A stretch of 61,610 bases of DNA, filler included, from Choristocarpus tenellus KU-1152 (taxonomy: Eukaryota; Protista; Phaeophyceae): assembly GCA_964200185.2 (NCBI GenBank). It is 5 parts of 5 records of this genome, joined end to end, with 100 filler letters (N's around TTAATTAATTAA, not from the genome) between each part and the next. Parts side by side here need not be neighbours in the genome. Positions count along the whole stretch, not along the records: positions 12,478 to 41,386 come from CAXNAD020000116.1; positions 41,487 to 53,582 come from CAXNAD020001977.1; 3 more parts are not named here. One strand, given 5' to 3'. The position numbers and the translations under genes were made by a program. Position 1 is the first letter of the stretch, and each line of letters begins with the position of its first letter. Below, one piece after another: positions 39,374-52,500 of the stretch. Below the pieces are notes generated by a model. That model was not told the origin of the DNA and did not search any database. It saw only the letters and a program-made list of their open reading frames with translations.

Positions 39374-39820
39374 ATGCACCGTATGACTTGGTCTGAAGAC
39401 AATTTCTTGGAATATCACTTCGCTAAGGTTGCGGAGATGGTGTGCCTTCTCGGCCCAGATTACACACAATATCGCCAGGCTTTCCTTGACTTTGGGATAG
39501 ATGGCAATATGCTAGTGCGCCTTCCCAAGGACCAGCTTACAGACGCCCTTCGAAGGGCTGGAGTTGAGAACGAGGACCATCTCGGCGTGCTGCTGGTGGA
39601 GCTGGACAATGTGAGAGTCCAAGGATTCGCTCGAGGAAGGATGGATGAGAAAAGGTGCACTGAAGAAATTTTTCAGTCAAACGAAAAGAGAGATCTTTCT
39701 CAAAAACTCCGTCAAATCCAACAAATGACAACACAAATTGTACTTCAGTCCCCAGTATACCTCCCACAAAATACTTCAACGCATGTTTGTTCCTGTAAAG
39801 AAGTTTACTCTGTCAAGTAA
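39374..39820 (+). CDS. Small SAM (sterile alpha motif) domain protein, possibly partial
   Basis: VAEMVCLLGPDYTQYRQAFLDFGIDGNMLVRL...GVENEDHLGVLLVEL fits the SAM consensus (LG...Y...F....IDG..L..L....L...GV....H...LL). Confidence 0.7.
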   Translation: MHRMTWSEDNFLEYHFAKVAEMVCLLGPDYTQYRQAFLDFGIDGNMLVRLPKDQLTDALRRAGVENEDHLGVLLVELDNVRVQGFARGRMDEKRCTEEIFQSNEKRDLSQKLRQIQQMTTQIVLQSPVYLPQNTSTHVCSCKEVYSVK

Positions 39821-40520
39821 GAATACAGGTTGGGTACCAACTCTCTCTTTTCAACAAAACCAAGGTGGAAACTGAGAATATGTTGTTATCGCACTACTTA
39901 TAAATCATTCCAGAAGTGTAGAGTTGCAACACCTAAGCACACAAGGAAGAGTGTTCGTGGAAGTGGTTCCAGCATGTGCTGATAGCTTAAATCCAGTTCT
40001 GGATTATCAAAGTACTGGTGTCGAATCGAATCAGTTCAATCCACTTTTTAATTCCAGAGCTACCACGGATCACCAGAGCGAACGTGTGAAATCGATCTGG
40101 ACCATGCTGTCATTATGTTGGAACAAATGAAGTACCAATAATAGTGGTGTCTTTATACATAGCTTCAACGCTACTCCTGATAAATATGTTTTTACCAGCC
40201 CGAACTTGAAGCAAAATTGTTGTTAATGCGTAATGTCGAGAAATACAGTGCGATTGGGTCTCAGTGTACTATAACATACCGATAAGGTAGATAATGGGAT
40301 GCTCTTGGTCCTCACCCCACCCACATAGAAGGGAAATGTACTGTCCTCTGGGTACCTGCACAACCACTATGATATTAGTCCCATTATCGATGCAAGTACT
40401 AAATTGCTACAGAGTGTGTCAAAGAAACGTTGTTCGGGCAAATTTGTTTCCGTGGGGCAGGCAGTGCCTTGCATATATCTTTTTTACTCTGGACACTACT
40501 TCAGAGTACCACTCAAAGAA

Positions 40521-43500
40521 TTATTCTGAAGTATTCATAATATCATAGAGATGTGGTCCAAGCTGTCCCAACCCCCTTGATTTAAGGCTATCTGACATAT
40601 TTGATGATGGAAAACCAACACATTGATAGTCGGATATGTCAATTTGAAATTCATACTTTTTTGTCCTGGGTTTCTCATTCTGTTGAAACCAGTACTTTCT
40701 CACATGGTCTGGAACTTGGCAAGGAGGGTGCATAGACCTGATGTACAAGCAACTAACTGCAAACTAGCATCGATCAGACCTCTGCATACTGCTAGTAGTG
40801 TGTATTACTGAGTACTAGAGTCCTACTGAAAGCAGAAAATATCGGTTGTAGTAATTTTTTCTTGTACTGTTTTAGCCAGTAGGTACTTATGTGTTGATAT
40901 GTACTGAGGGCCTACAGTACAGTTCCTAGTGAGTAAATGTTGATCGCTTTGGGTTTGTGAATATTCCTGAGTTGAGATGTTTGATATTTGATATTTGATG
41001 TTAGGTTTAGGGTTCATACTAGAGTTTTCACTAGCTTGAGGGCAATGCGAAGCTTCCTTGGGCAGCAGCAGTTCCTGTTGTTAATTTTCATGTGGAAGCC
41101 CCCACTCTTGTGGGGTTAGCACTGTGCTTGCCTTTGAATGCTGGTTCACACAAAAATCCCCCATAGCCATAGATCCAAACTGTACTAGTGCCAATGATCG
41201 ACTAAAAAATAAGGATGGAAAAAAAGTTGAAGTAGGCTCAAAGTATCTGGGTGGGGTTGTGTCTGTTAATTTGGGGCCAATTTATTCATGTCTCAATTTT
41301 TGGGTGATTTGGTTCGATACGTTGGATGAACAATGAAAGTGCACTTTTCCTGGTTTTGCTCCAAATTGACACTCTGGTATAGACCCNNNNNNNNNNNNNN
41401 NNNNNNNNNNNNNNNNNNNNNNNNNNNNNNTTAATTAATTAANNNNNNNNNNNNNNNNNNNNNNNNNNNNNNNNNNNNNNNNNNNNGCACGTGTCGGATT
41501 TGAAATGCCAGCAAAAAAAAGAGTTGTTTGACCGAAACGGACGCCCCCTCACAAACCACCCCCCACCCCCCCCCAGATACTTTGACCCTTAAGTCAATTA
41601 CAGAATAACTATCTACCTAGCTCCCTTTCTGGAACCCTAAAGCTAAAAACCTACAAAGAGCAACACATTACATTCACACCGCTCCTATGCAATTGCCAGG
41701 GCAGCGGCTGTACGTTCCGTCCTTTAAACCTATGTTGCTCCTCTGTACTGAAGGAAATGGACAAAAAAAAAGTGCTGATGTATATTGCTGTAATCTTGCC
41801 ATTTTTCTTGATTGTCAGGCGCATCAGCCACTTTAATCGATATCATCGATGTATTACACTATTATTGTTCATGTCGTTTTCATCTAGACATGGTGGGTGG
41901 TAGATGAGCTGTGGATGCATAATCAAGTGAAACAAAGTATATCATGGTTTTTCGTATATATATATATATATATATATATATAGGTGTTTAGATATGACTT
42001 TTGTGAGGTCCCTGTATTGTCGGTCATACCCAGGTATGCCCCTTGACCCTGACACGGATAAAGGTACTGGTAGGTTTAATGAGGATTGGTGCCACGTATT
42101 TGGAGTGACTGCTAAATTATCTCTAATTGTGTTATTGTTTTAAATTAATCATTTTGGTTGCAATTCCCATGGTAGTAGACTGCAGACACATTCTGCACGT
42201 ATGTGCTGAAATGCTTTGGCCTAGTTGCTGTGACAGCAGCACTCTTGTTCGTTTGGTGTATGTAATCAACAGGTAAACATACATGCAGACGGACAGACCT
42301 CCACTTGTCCTTCCAAGCATGGCTCGTGCCTATCTACAGTCCAAAGAAGATCCCTGCGCTGACCCCTGGGGATGGTGCCAGTCAGGACAACACCTGAAGG
42401 GATAGTAATGGCCGGACACCACACTGTGGCCTGGTGTATATTATTGGAGAAGGGGGGAGGGGTGGGTTTTAGTCAGGTATGCAGACAGACACTTTAATCT
42501 ATCGATGTAGGAGGGTTAATTAAAGATAGGATGTGTTTTGTACTGGGTCCAGTTGAACCAGGGAGTTATCAAGAGGTATCAGCAATTCCTTTTGGAGGGA
42601 AGGGAGCATTGATGATTACATCTGTGTTCCTGACCTTCTTGAGAGGTCATTGACCATCAAGGTTATTGACGTGTGCATAAGTTTCTCATCCTTCTGCAGT
42701 TGACTCGTTTATTTCTAAGCAAGTCCACATACATATGATAGAGGTTTATATATAGAATCCTAAAAATTCTGCCGAAACCATCTAGTTTTACAAGTCTACT
42801 AAGAGGAACATATATATATATATACAGCACAGAGCACTTATATCCGTGTTTTAAATGGATGGATGAGGATATTATTTATGCTTTGAAGGGGTGTAAATTC
42901 TAGTAGGTACACCAAATATTAACAAGAGCATGATATATATATATATTTACTTGGCTAGTCAGGCATCTGACATCAGAGTGAAATCCTTTCAACGAGTGAG
43001 TGATAAGTATTTATCCCACACAGAATACATAGTCTACTCTGGAAGATCATGATTGCCACCTTGGGGAAAGCGTATGATGCGGAGGGTATGTAATGGGGAC
43101 CACTTGAGGCCTCCCTCTTCTATTCCTCCTCCCATCTCCCCCAGAAACAATTTCTACATTGAGTAGGTATGTTTGTGGGCACCATATACCTTGATGTCCA
43201 TCGTTTCATGTCCAGCAAACTTGTGTGACTCTCCATAAACCCCCACTAATAGGAAGCACAGGCAGTAGGGATCGGAAACGATCAAAGGCAGAAGTATAGG
43301 AGAAAGGAACGGGCCGCAAGAATGAGAAGGATGCAGGGTGGAGGTACTGTGGAGTGATGCATTCATTCCCTTGAAAGCGCATTCTTGACCTTGACATAGA
43401 GTACGATTTGAGATGTAGAGTTGGGTGTGCTTTCTCATCAGAGTGGGGGATTGCATGACATTTTAAGAGACACGATAAACAATCAACTCACTTTGCTTTT

Positions 43501-46500
43501 GACACAGTGTACAATGTTGGAAAAGTGAAGCAGGAGTCCTATTAGTTGGACTTACCGTGGAAGGCACCTGTGTGATCTGGGGGCAACGCTACTGTCATCC
43601 TCCCCCAAGAGTTCTCTTTAAGGGGTGGGCGATCAGGTAACTCCTTGTACTGTCCCACACATCCGGTCATCCCTCCAACTTCCCGATCACCAATGTTTTC
43701 TTTTGCTCGTACTGATCCTAAGTGTATTTTTGCCATCCTCTTTGACTCCTCTGCCTCCACCTTTATTTTCGTACCAACTACTGTCCCTGCTTTCCACTCT
43801 GATCCCATCCTCTTTCCTGCATCTCCTGCCGGTCTGTTCTTTTTCCGCACTGCACTGACTGGCCCTTTGGCCCTAATCCTAGACTCAAGTACTGGGTGTG
43901 TGCTGGGGCTTCTTTGCCGTGAGATGATGCCAGCAGGAGCTGTGAATGGTGGGTTGTACCTGTGTTGAGGGATTGGTGTGGTTGACGAGGCATTTCTAGC
44001 ACTCTGAGGATGTCTTGTGTAGCCCCCAGTCACCTTACTTGGCACCCCTGCTCTACCTCGGCTAATAAGTTCGTTTCCTCTGCCGGATGTCCATACTCTG
44101 CCCTTACCACCTGCCGCCATCCACCAGCTGTGATCTCCAGGATCCGGACCAGGTTTTGTTGTGTGATGACAGGAGTACACATCAACACGCTCCATTGGGT
44201 TGGAGGGTCGAATCTGTGCACAGTTATAGCAGGAATTAGAGTGAGCAATGCAAGGATAGGGGGGGGGGGGGGCTAAGGATTTTTTTTGCAGCTGAAGAGA
44301 GCGGAGAAGCTTATACTTGAACTTATTTCTACACTTGATGTATTGGTATTCCTTAAGGGTATGGCGTTTCTGTGGTCCTTTTTGTCTTTGGCAACCAAGG
44401 GAAATTGCATGAAGGAAGATGTTAAACACAAATCAAGTACATGTTGTGGGAATGTGCCAAAACTGTATCTACTATAAATACTTGTGTGCCATTCATCTCT
44501 ACTATTGAGTATTCTTGCAAAGGAGTGTTTTTTGACAAATTGCCCAGATATGTTTAACAGTCCTGTCATCGGCGGATGGTTCCACTACTTCGAGAAAGGT
44601 ATTTTACTCAGCATTCTAGAATTCCTTGTCTTGTTAAGAAAAGTATAATAGGAATAAATAGGTACAGTGCTATTATTATGTTTAGTACCAACAAAAAAAC
44701 ATTTTTGACCTCTCCATGCACTTTTTTTTTTTGCTGTAATGTGTGCGGAGAGGTGGGTTGTTCTGAAGGAGTCAATCCTGATTGGAGCATAATCCTATTT
44801 AAATAGACCTCGGACTTCTGTTAGCATGAAACAGGGATGATGGCAGTTCTTCAAGACTCGTATTTGTGCGGCTTGTGACACTTTCACCAGGCCTTTGTTG
44901 TACAATAGACGCCGATCTGTGACGTTTTGGAGCCGGAACTACTGGAAGGCGAATGATAGCATACTGCCCCTCTAATGCGCCTCAATTCTTACTATGAATA
45001 CCATAGGTCATCAGGAGTGGATGGTGCCTTGACCTGAGCGTTAAGTTTCGGAATTGAAGCTTTATTGGTGACCCAAAGCGTATAAGAGGGTAGGGCCGTG
45101 TCCGTTTGGGACAATAAGCCCAATTTTGCGATTTTGATAAAATTTTGTCCATCGTGTTTGTTAACAAGTGGCAATATCCTTGATTCGGACACACCTTTCA
45201 TAGTTGTACGTATCTTAGGTAACTGTGTTATCACAGAAAACCGGATAAGGGCATAAAAAACTCGTGGGAAGCCAAGCCTCAAACGGACAAATGGGGCAAA
45301 ACTCCTATCCTTGTAAGTGCTTGTTGGGTCTGGTAGTAACGTGTACAGACACACAAACTCACCCATTGTAACAAACATCCCCTGTCTGTCAAGATACTGA
45401 AATACCACTGTGCTACAGGAGCAGCAGTTGTCCATATCATGGCCTGGTAGTTCAGTCATGTATCTCAATGTCTTGACCAAGTCAGAGTGCGTTCAGGTGA
45501 ACAAAATTACCCTTGCATCTGATACATTCACTCAAATGACATAAAAAGCACTACAGGGTCACAAAGACCTTGAATGGACACCTGACCCCCCCACCTCTAG
45601 GATACTATGGACAAAAAAAAAATGAACACATAGAAATATGCTCCCTTGACGGCAGTGTTACACCTCTCTTGCAGCACATCTAATCCGAAAAAAACTGCAC
45701 CTGAAGTGTCACAAAGACCCTTGCATCCTCAAATAATGCAGTTCCTTTCCCATATTCCACCCCCTCCCTCCCACACCCACTGTCAGCCCTCCTTAGAGGT
45801 GTCGGTAGGCGGAGTGTGAGGTGGAGCTCAGGGTCTGCCTCATGACTCTTGAGGTCTCCACGCCAGGGCAATGTTTCCCATCTATGAGTCAGGGTGTAAG
45901 GTTATCTATCGATGAGAAAAAATGCTCCTAAGATTACGTAGGGAGAGGAGATTTGAAGTAGTGGTGTGTCCTCCATGTTGTTCAACACTTATTGGTTGTA
46001 TCAAACCATATACGTTGGAGTACATTGTACATACACTGAGATGTAGCGGACACTGTATGAAAAATAATGTTCAAACCAATAGGAGAGATTGTTCGTCACA
46101 TTCAGGCAGAATTATAACACACTTTTTCTTATCTTCAAAATCTTGATATAATTCCTCTCTCGGAGGAGGTATGGCAATCAAGAAGTGAGCGAGATTTGAA
46201 CCGGACACAAAGGTATGGCTGTTGGGAAAGTGCCAATCAAGCAATGATAATCGCAAAAGCTTCTCTCGAAGGAAGAGAGTATGGTCACATAAGTGGAACC
46301 TGACAATGATGTCACTAATCTGCTTTCTAGCCTATCCCCCTACGTGCCTCACGTATTCTCCTCCACCAACCGAGGACTAGATGAAACAAGCCTTATTCCC
46401 AGATTGAACATCAACCGCTTTCCTCTCCGCCCATACATCCAGCAGGCCCCGTGGTCCATCCCTCGCTTCCTCCTTCCACCTTGTGCAGGAGAATAGACTG

Positions 46501-49500
46501 GCACAACAGCAGTGGGGATGGTTGCAGAGGTGCTGGTCGTGCAATCGTTTTTGTCCCACCAGGCCTGGATAGGAAGGTTGTTCTTCTCAGGGAGTCCTTG
46601 GGGACTCTCGGGAATGGAAGATGCTGTGACAGCTATGTGCAGGTGTTTGTATCCCTGCTGTTGTTGTTGTTGCTCGTCAACGCTCCTGCAGCCTTGAAGA
46701 GCCTTCTGTTCGATGAACAAGCGGTGGTGGCGCTGGCAGCGGGACACCCAGGTATACTCCTGCAAGCTTGAGGGTGCGTGAAAACCCTATGTGGCGTGTT
46801 CACGAGGCGGCAGTGCGACACAGGCAGGTTTTAATTAGTGGGGATGAACAGGCACACTACTATCAAAGGAAATGGAAGATAAGAAGGCGGTATCCATTGG
46901 GAGGTCTTATTTGACTGAGTATCTGAAGTCTACAAGGGCAGGGTCAGGAAAAAAAAGAAGCACCGTTGAGTTGTTTTTAACACAAGAGTTTACTTCTCTG
47001 TGTTCCACAGCCAAAGCCACTTGAGAGCTTTTTCTGAGTGTCATACATTTCTTTTCCTAGTTGAGATATGTTTTGTTTTTAGAAAATTAAGCAGCAAACT
47101 CAGAACATTTCATATTTCATACATACGACTTTTCCCTCTACGCTGTCATAGAAAAATGAGTCTTAGTGCACTACTGCAAATGCAGTAGACTTCAACTGGG
47201 ATTCATGTCATGATGCAGTTCGTTTTGTACCCTACGAAACATGACAATGGATAAATAGGCACCCCAAACTGAGGCCGTCAATTGTCAAGTTGGCAGTGCA
47301 TGGATTGAAACAAAGTGGACACACAGATCTGCTGGGAGACATCCACCTGTGCAACAAACAGACTGGCATTGGCAGACCCGTCTCCACTCTGATCCCCTGT
47401 TATGTGAAGGTTTATCTCAATGTTCCCGACTTCAGCATCACCCGACACCAGATAAGGGTGGCTGGCTGTAAAGAGAGCTGCCTATAGGATCACGCAGCAG
47501 GGATTAGGAAAGGGTATGTGCTAATAACTCTATATACACCCTGCAACGTGTTGTTGGCACAGGTAGCTTGAGTTCTGTGCACTCTAAGAGAGGAAGGAAG
47601 GGATTCCTACAGTAATGATGGGTTGTACTTCAAACTATGAATTCGATTGGGACTTTTAAAAAAACAGTAAGCACATTGGCAAGTCATTCCACCCCCTGTT
47701 CACATTATGTGTTTGCTAACAGAAGTGAAGAGTCTCTTTTGGGAAGTTGAGCTCTTCTTCTATGGGTGTAATGAAGCCACAGGTAGCATATTCTACGACG
47801 GAGTTGTTGGTAGTTTGGGATACTGCCTCAAAGTATATGGGGAAGGGGGGGGGGGGGTCTACACCAGGTTTCTTTAGGCCCTGACCAGGAGAAGTAAACT
47901 AACATTATCTATCCAAGGCATGCAAACAAATCACCCAAAGGTTGCGACATGGAAAAATGGACTCCAAATGGACAGCCGCCACCCCCCCAGATACTCTGAG
48001 TCAATCTCACTTTGTCCCGACAACAGTTACACGTAGACCATAAAGGATCACCTCTGAGAAGAACTATTGTACAGAGTAAAAGCATCTCAGAGGGTACGAG
48101 TATTGCCCTGTTTGTCCATTTGGGGCTTGGCTTCCCATGGGTTTTTAATGACATATTACCTACTCCATAATGTTTTGGAGTAGGCAAAATGTATACGTTA
48201 TGAAAAGGTGTGTTGTGAACAAGGATATCGACACTTCCTAACAAACACGATAGCCAAAATTACATCAAAATAGCAACATTGGATTTTGGACCCCAAATGG
48301 ACTCTCTAAGATACTTTGACTCATATCTGTATCCCTTGTCCCACTATAGTCGTTGTGTATCCACAAAGAGGAAAGATAATCGTAGTGGGTGATAGTTGCA
48401 GTCGCTACATGCACATCATTGCAGGCCAACTTTAGATGTGAACGGAGTCATTTCATGTTTTTGGTTGGAAAGGAATGACACAATCCATCCCTGGAGAGTG
48501 TCTTCCCACTTGTGGACATCACACACACAGACGGCATCAAGGCCCATAGTACCCTAGAGGGTGGTTCAGGTGTCCATTCAGGATCTTTTTGATCCTGTAA
48601 TGATTTTCATGTCATTTTGAGTGAATGTGTCAGATATAAGTGCAATCTCAATTTATCTGAACACACCTTCCCTTTCCATCCCCCCCTGCCTGGATCAATT
48701 CTGAAGGGATATCACCTGCAAAATGGGCATCACAATGTGAATCTTTACAATACCCCATCAAGTCTCGAATGGACAGCTTGGGCTCAACCCCTCCCCCCTC
48801 TAGGATACCATGGGCCTCAATTGCTATTCATGGCTTGTACTTTACATGATATCCCTCTCTTGTGAGAGTACAACCCTCTCTTCAAAGTGTCGTTAGTTAC
48901 TATGCTTTGGTTGATCTTGTTTGGCCTCACCTGCCCTCCGCAAACGACAGAAGCGGACACGCTCTCGCCATATAGAAGGGTTCGACCAGTCCCCATCCCC
49001 TCCATCCCACCCTTCCCCTTGGTTCCAATCCCAGGGGTACTGCGTATCTGATGTGGGATGCTCTGCAAGTCAACGCACTTCCTGCAGGAAGCAAAAGTCA
49101 AGGGGCATAGGAGGGAGGAGATGTCTGCTTGCATTTTATGCAGGAGTGTTTTCCCTTAAAAAAAAAAAGATGGCACCGTCTCTATTGCGAGAGGTAGAGC
49201 ATGAGAAAAATCTCAAGTAGTGGTTATGTAGAGTCAATCTCTTTCTTCCACCCCTTCTGTATATGGTATCCTTTTTTACTCTTGAGAGCCCCCGTGCAGG
49301 TTCTTTAGGAGCAGCTCTGGTTGAGGACCCACGTCCTCACAGCGAAGGACAAATGGTATACCCAACAAGGCTTGATACCAAGCTGAATTTGGGAATGATT
49401 GAGTCAAAGTATCTTAGAGGGTAGAGCCGCGTCCATTTGGGGTCCAAAATCCAACGTTGCTATTTTGATGTAATTTTGGCTATCGTGTTTGTTAGGAAGT

Positions 49501-52500
49501 GTCAATATCCTTGTTCACAACACACCTTTTCATAACGTATACATTTTACCTACTCCTAAACATTTTGGAGTAGGTAATATGTCATTAAAAACCCATGGGA
49601 AACCAAGCCGCAAATGGACAAACAGGGCAATACTCGTACCCTCTGAGATACTTTCACTCATTGATGAACTCAAGAATGTGCAGAGGAGACTCCTCAAGGC
49701 CAGGTCGTCACCTGTACTCCTCGTCCATGGTAGCATCAACTTCATCCCACAAGATATCTTCCAAAAGTTCGTCCAGCACATCGGCCTGTAGTTTTGTGCG
49801 GAGGTGGTAGAAGGGGGATTGTCTGGGTTTGGAGAAGGAGTCTGGAACATGGACCAATGAATAAACGTTGAGTGGGGGAGATCCAGGGAAAAACTCATGT
49901 GTTTTGAAGTATCGCAATATCTGGGTTATATCTTCAACAGGATCTTGATGGCAGGATCTCAACAGTCCCATATCACAGAAAATAGTACAGTTTACTACTG
50001 CTTGGAAGTATATGATAGATCTGATGCAGTGGTAACCTTTAATGATAGGAGTAGAATGGATTTGAGGTAGAGGTTGGGTTGAAGTCAAGACACTGAGTAG
50101 TAGGAGTCATTGTTTCTCTTCTGGAAGCATCTCTGTCACTAAGGCCATCTCTTACAGGCGATCCGGAAGTGGGGTTCAGAAGGTCTAAATATACCTGCAT
50201 ACGGTGCCATTTTCCTCTGGCTGTGCATGACTAAAGTGCATGACTAAATCAAGCTCTGATTTTTGATTTGACATCAGGGAGGAAGCAACTCCTGAGGAAA
50301 TATACGGATGCAATGTATGGCTTGTTAATAATTAGGATCTTGGCACCTCTGAAGGCCTAGAAATCCAGCACTCTAACGACCAGTCATGCATTTAAATAAT
50401 GTATTTCCTTGAGAGTTGCTTCCTCTCTGATATAAAAAAAATCAGGACTTAATCCAGCCACGTGCACCCCAAGAAAAATGGCAACAGTATGCACACATTT
50501 GGCACCTCTGAACAACCCTTCTGGACTGCCTATAGGAGACGGGCTAAGGATATTGGAGGTCTTATTCAAGGGTTGAGACTGAAGTCTCATCTTTCGAATA
50601 TTCCTACTACATCGATGCCACTGTGTTGGCATAGTAAAGCAGTATCATGATGCGCATAAACCAATCACAGCCTACCCCAAGCCCTCGCCACCAGACTGGA
50701 GAAGAGGGCAGTGGAGAGAAAGATACCGTTGTGCCCAATTGAGCATACAGGCACAAACACACTCTCCTATACTACACCGATTCTCTACTTGACATGGTGA
50801 AGGTGATCGATCATCAGTCTAGCAACTGACATGTAGGGGGGGATGTTTTGGCAGTTCTGGGTTTCAAGGGTTAGGATTATTCAACTTTGTTAAATAATGA
50901 AGGCGTTTGAAAAAGGGATGTTGTTAAGGATAAATTGCTTCTGCAAACTGAATGTGCTCGCAAAATGGCGCCTAACAAAATGCACCCAACAACTATGGAT
51001 GGTGTGCCACGCAGGTTAGGACACCAGGCAGAAAGGGGGGCTTTTGAAACTCAGCGGCACCCCTCTCTCAGTTAGTTAGGCTTTGGGAGGGGTGTTGATA
51101 GCTGCACTTTGACAACCACAACAGGGATCTATCGCCTTCCAGGGTTGTGGAAAGGTTTGAATACAGTGTGTATCAGGGGGTTGGAAAACGTTAGCATGAA
51201 AATGCAATATATCGTGAGGCTCGAGATTGGGTTGGAGGTGGGATTAGAATTGGATTTAGAATCTCCTTACTTAGTCAGAGTTAGGGTTAGGGTTATGAAG
51301 TGCACTTAACGTTGGTCAGTGAAGCTGGACTAACTATGCCTGCATGCTTTTCGTTACCCTCCCACTTTAAATCCACACACACAATTTAAACATTGTATGT
51401 GTAGTCCCTTCAGTCACCTCGGGGCAACGACCTTGTCCATGATGCCATGACCTCATGAGTCTGTCTAGAGTACTGCGATCGAGCAATCCCCCTCTTCTCT
51501 GCCCCCATCCGTTAGCCAAAGCATAGGACAAAAATGAACCCCTCTGTTTTTTCGAAGGTGAGTAGAAGAAGTTTGGGTAGAAGAGCGTGAAGCAGTGAGA
51601 GGGGGGGTCAGCAGAGTCTGTGTGGAGGGAGGCAGAAATAAGGCATAAGGAGGTGAAGGTGTGGAGAGGGAGGCACAAGGTCGCTGCTGTTGTGTTGCTC
51701 ACTGCGGGACTTAGCAATTTTGGTTGGCATTGTTCCGATTTTCCATAAATCAACATGGTCAACCTTTTGTTTCAGGTCAGTAACATTATGTCAACTCTCT
51801 CTGTATACCTCTCCACAGATAATTGTAACTTCAATCTTATGACAATTCTCCTGTTAACTCCATTCTGAGCCTTTTCCTTCTACCCATCCTCTGGATGCAT
51901 AATATATATATATATATATGTATGCATCACTATATGTTTTTGGTTTACTTTACTGACTTGTGGCAAGTCTAACTTGTCCGTTATCCTGCGGGAAGCCCCA
52001 CCCAAATTGGCCTGCATCAGAGGGGCTTGGTCTTGCCTCCCTTACTGGCATCAACATACCGGACAAATCCAAAAGCAATTAAATGAGGCATATTATCTTA
52101 CAGGGGTCAGATTTAGGTTGGTCCATATCCATGGCTGATATGTAGCGTACCCTCTCCTTGCTCTGCCAAAATGAGAGTCCCAGAATATGACAACGGCGCC
52201 CTTGAAATAAAATATTTGATTGTTTAGAGGATAAAATGAATAAAAATGAATATTTGACTGCGGAATGATACCAAGTAGTGCCGTAGGTCAATTGATTTGT
52301 GATATATCTACCAACAGGCTACCCTCAAAGAGTTAACATGCCTCAGACATCATCAAGAATGCTGTGCCCAGACTTGCCAACTCTGGCTAATGACAGCACT
52401 TTGTTATTTTTGTAAATTGATCATCCTTTGCAGCTTGTTCTTGCTCGACTCGCTTTCCTCCTTCAACTCCCCTTACCCCCCCCCCCCCCCCCCCCCCCCT

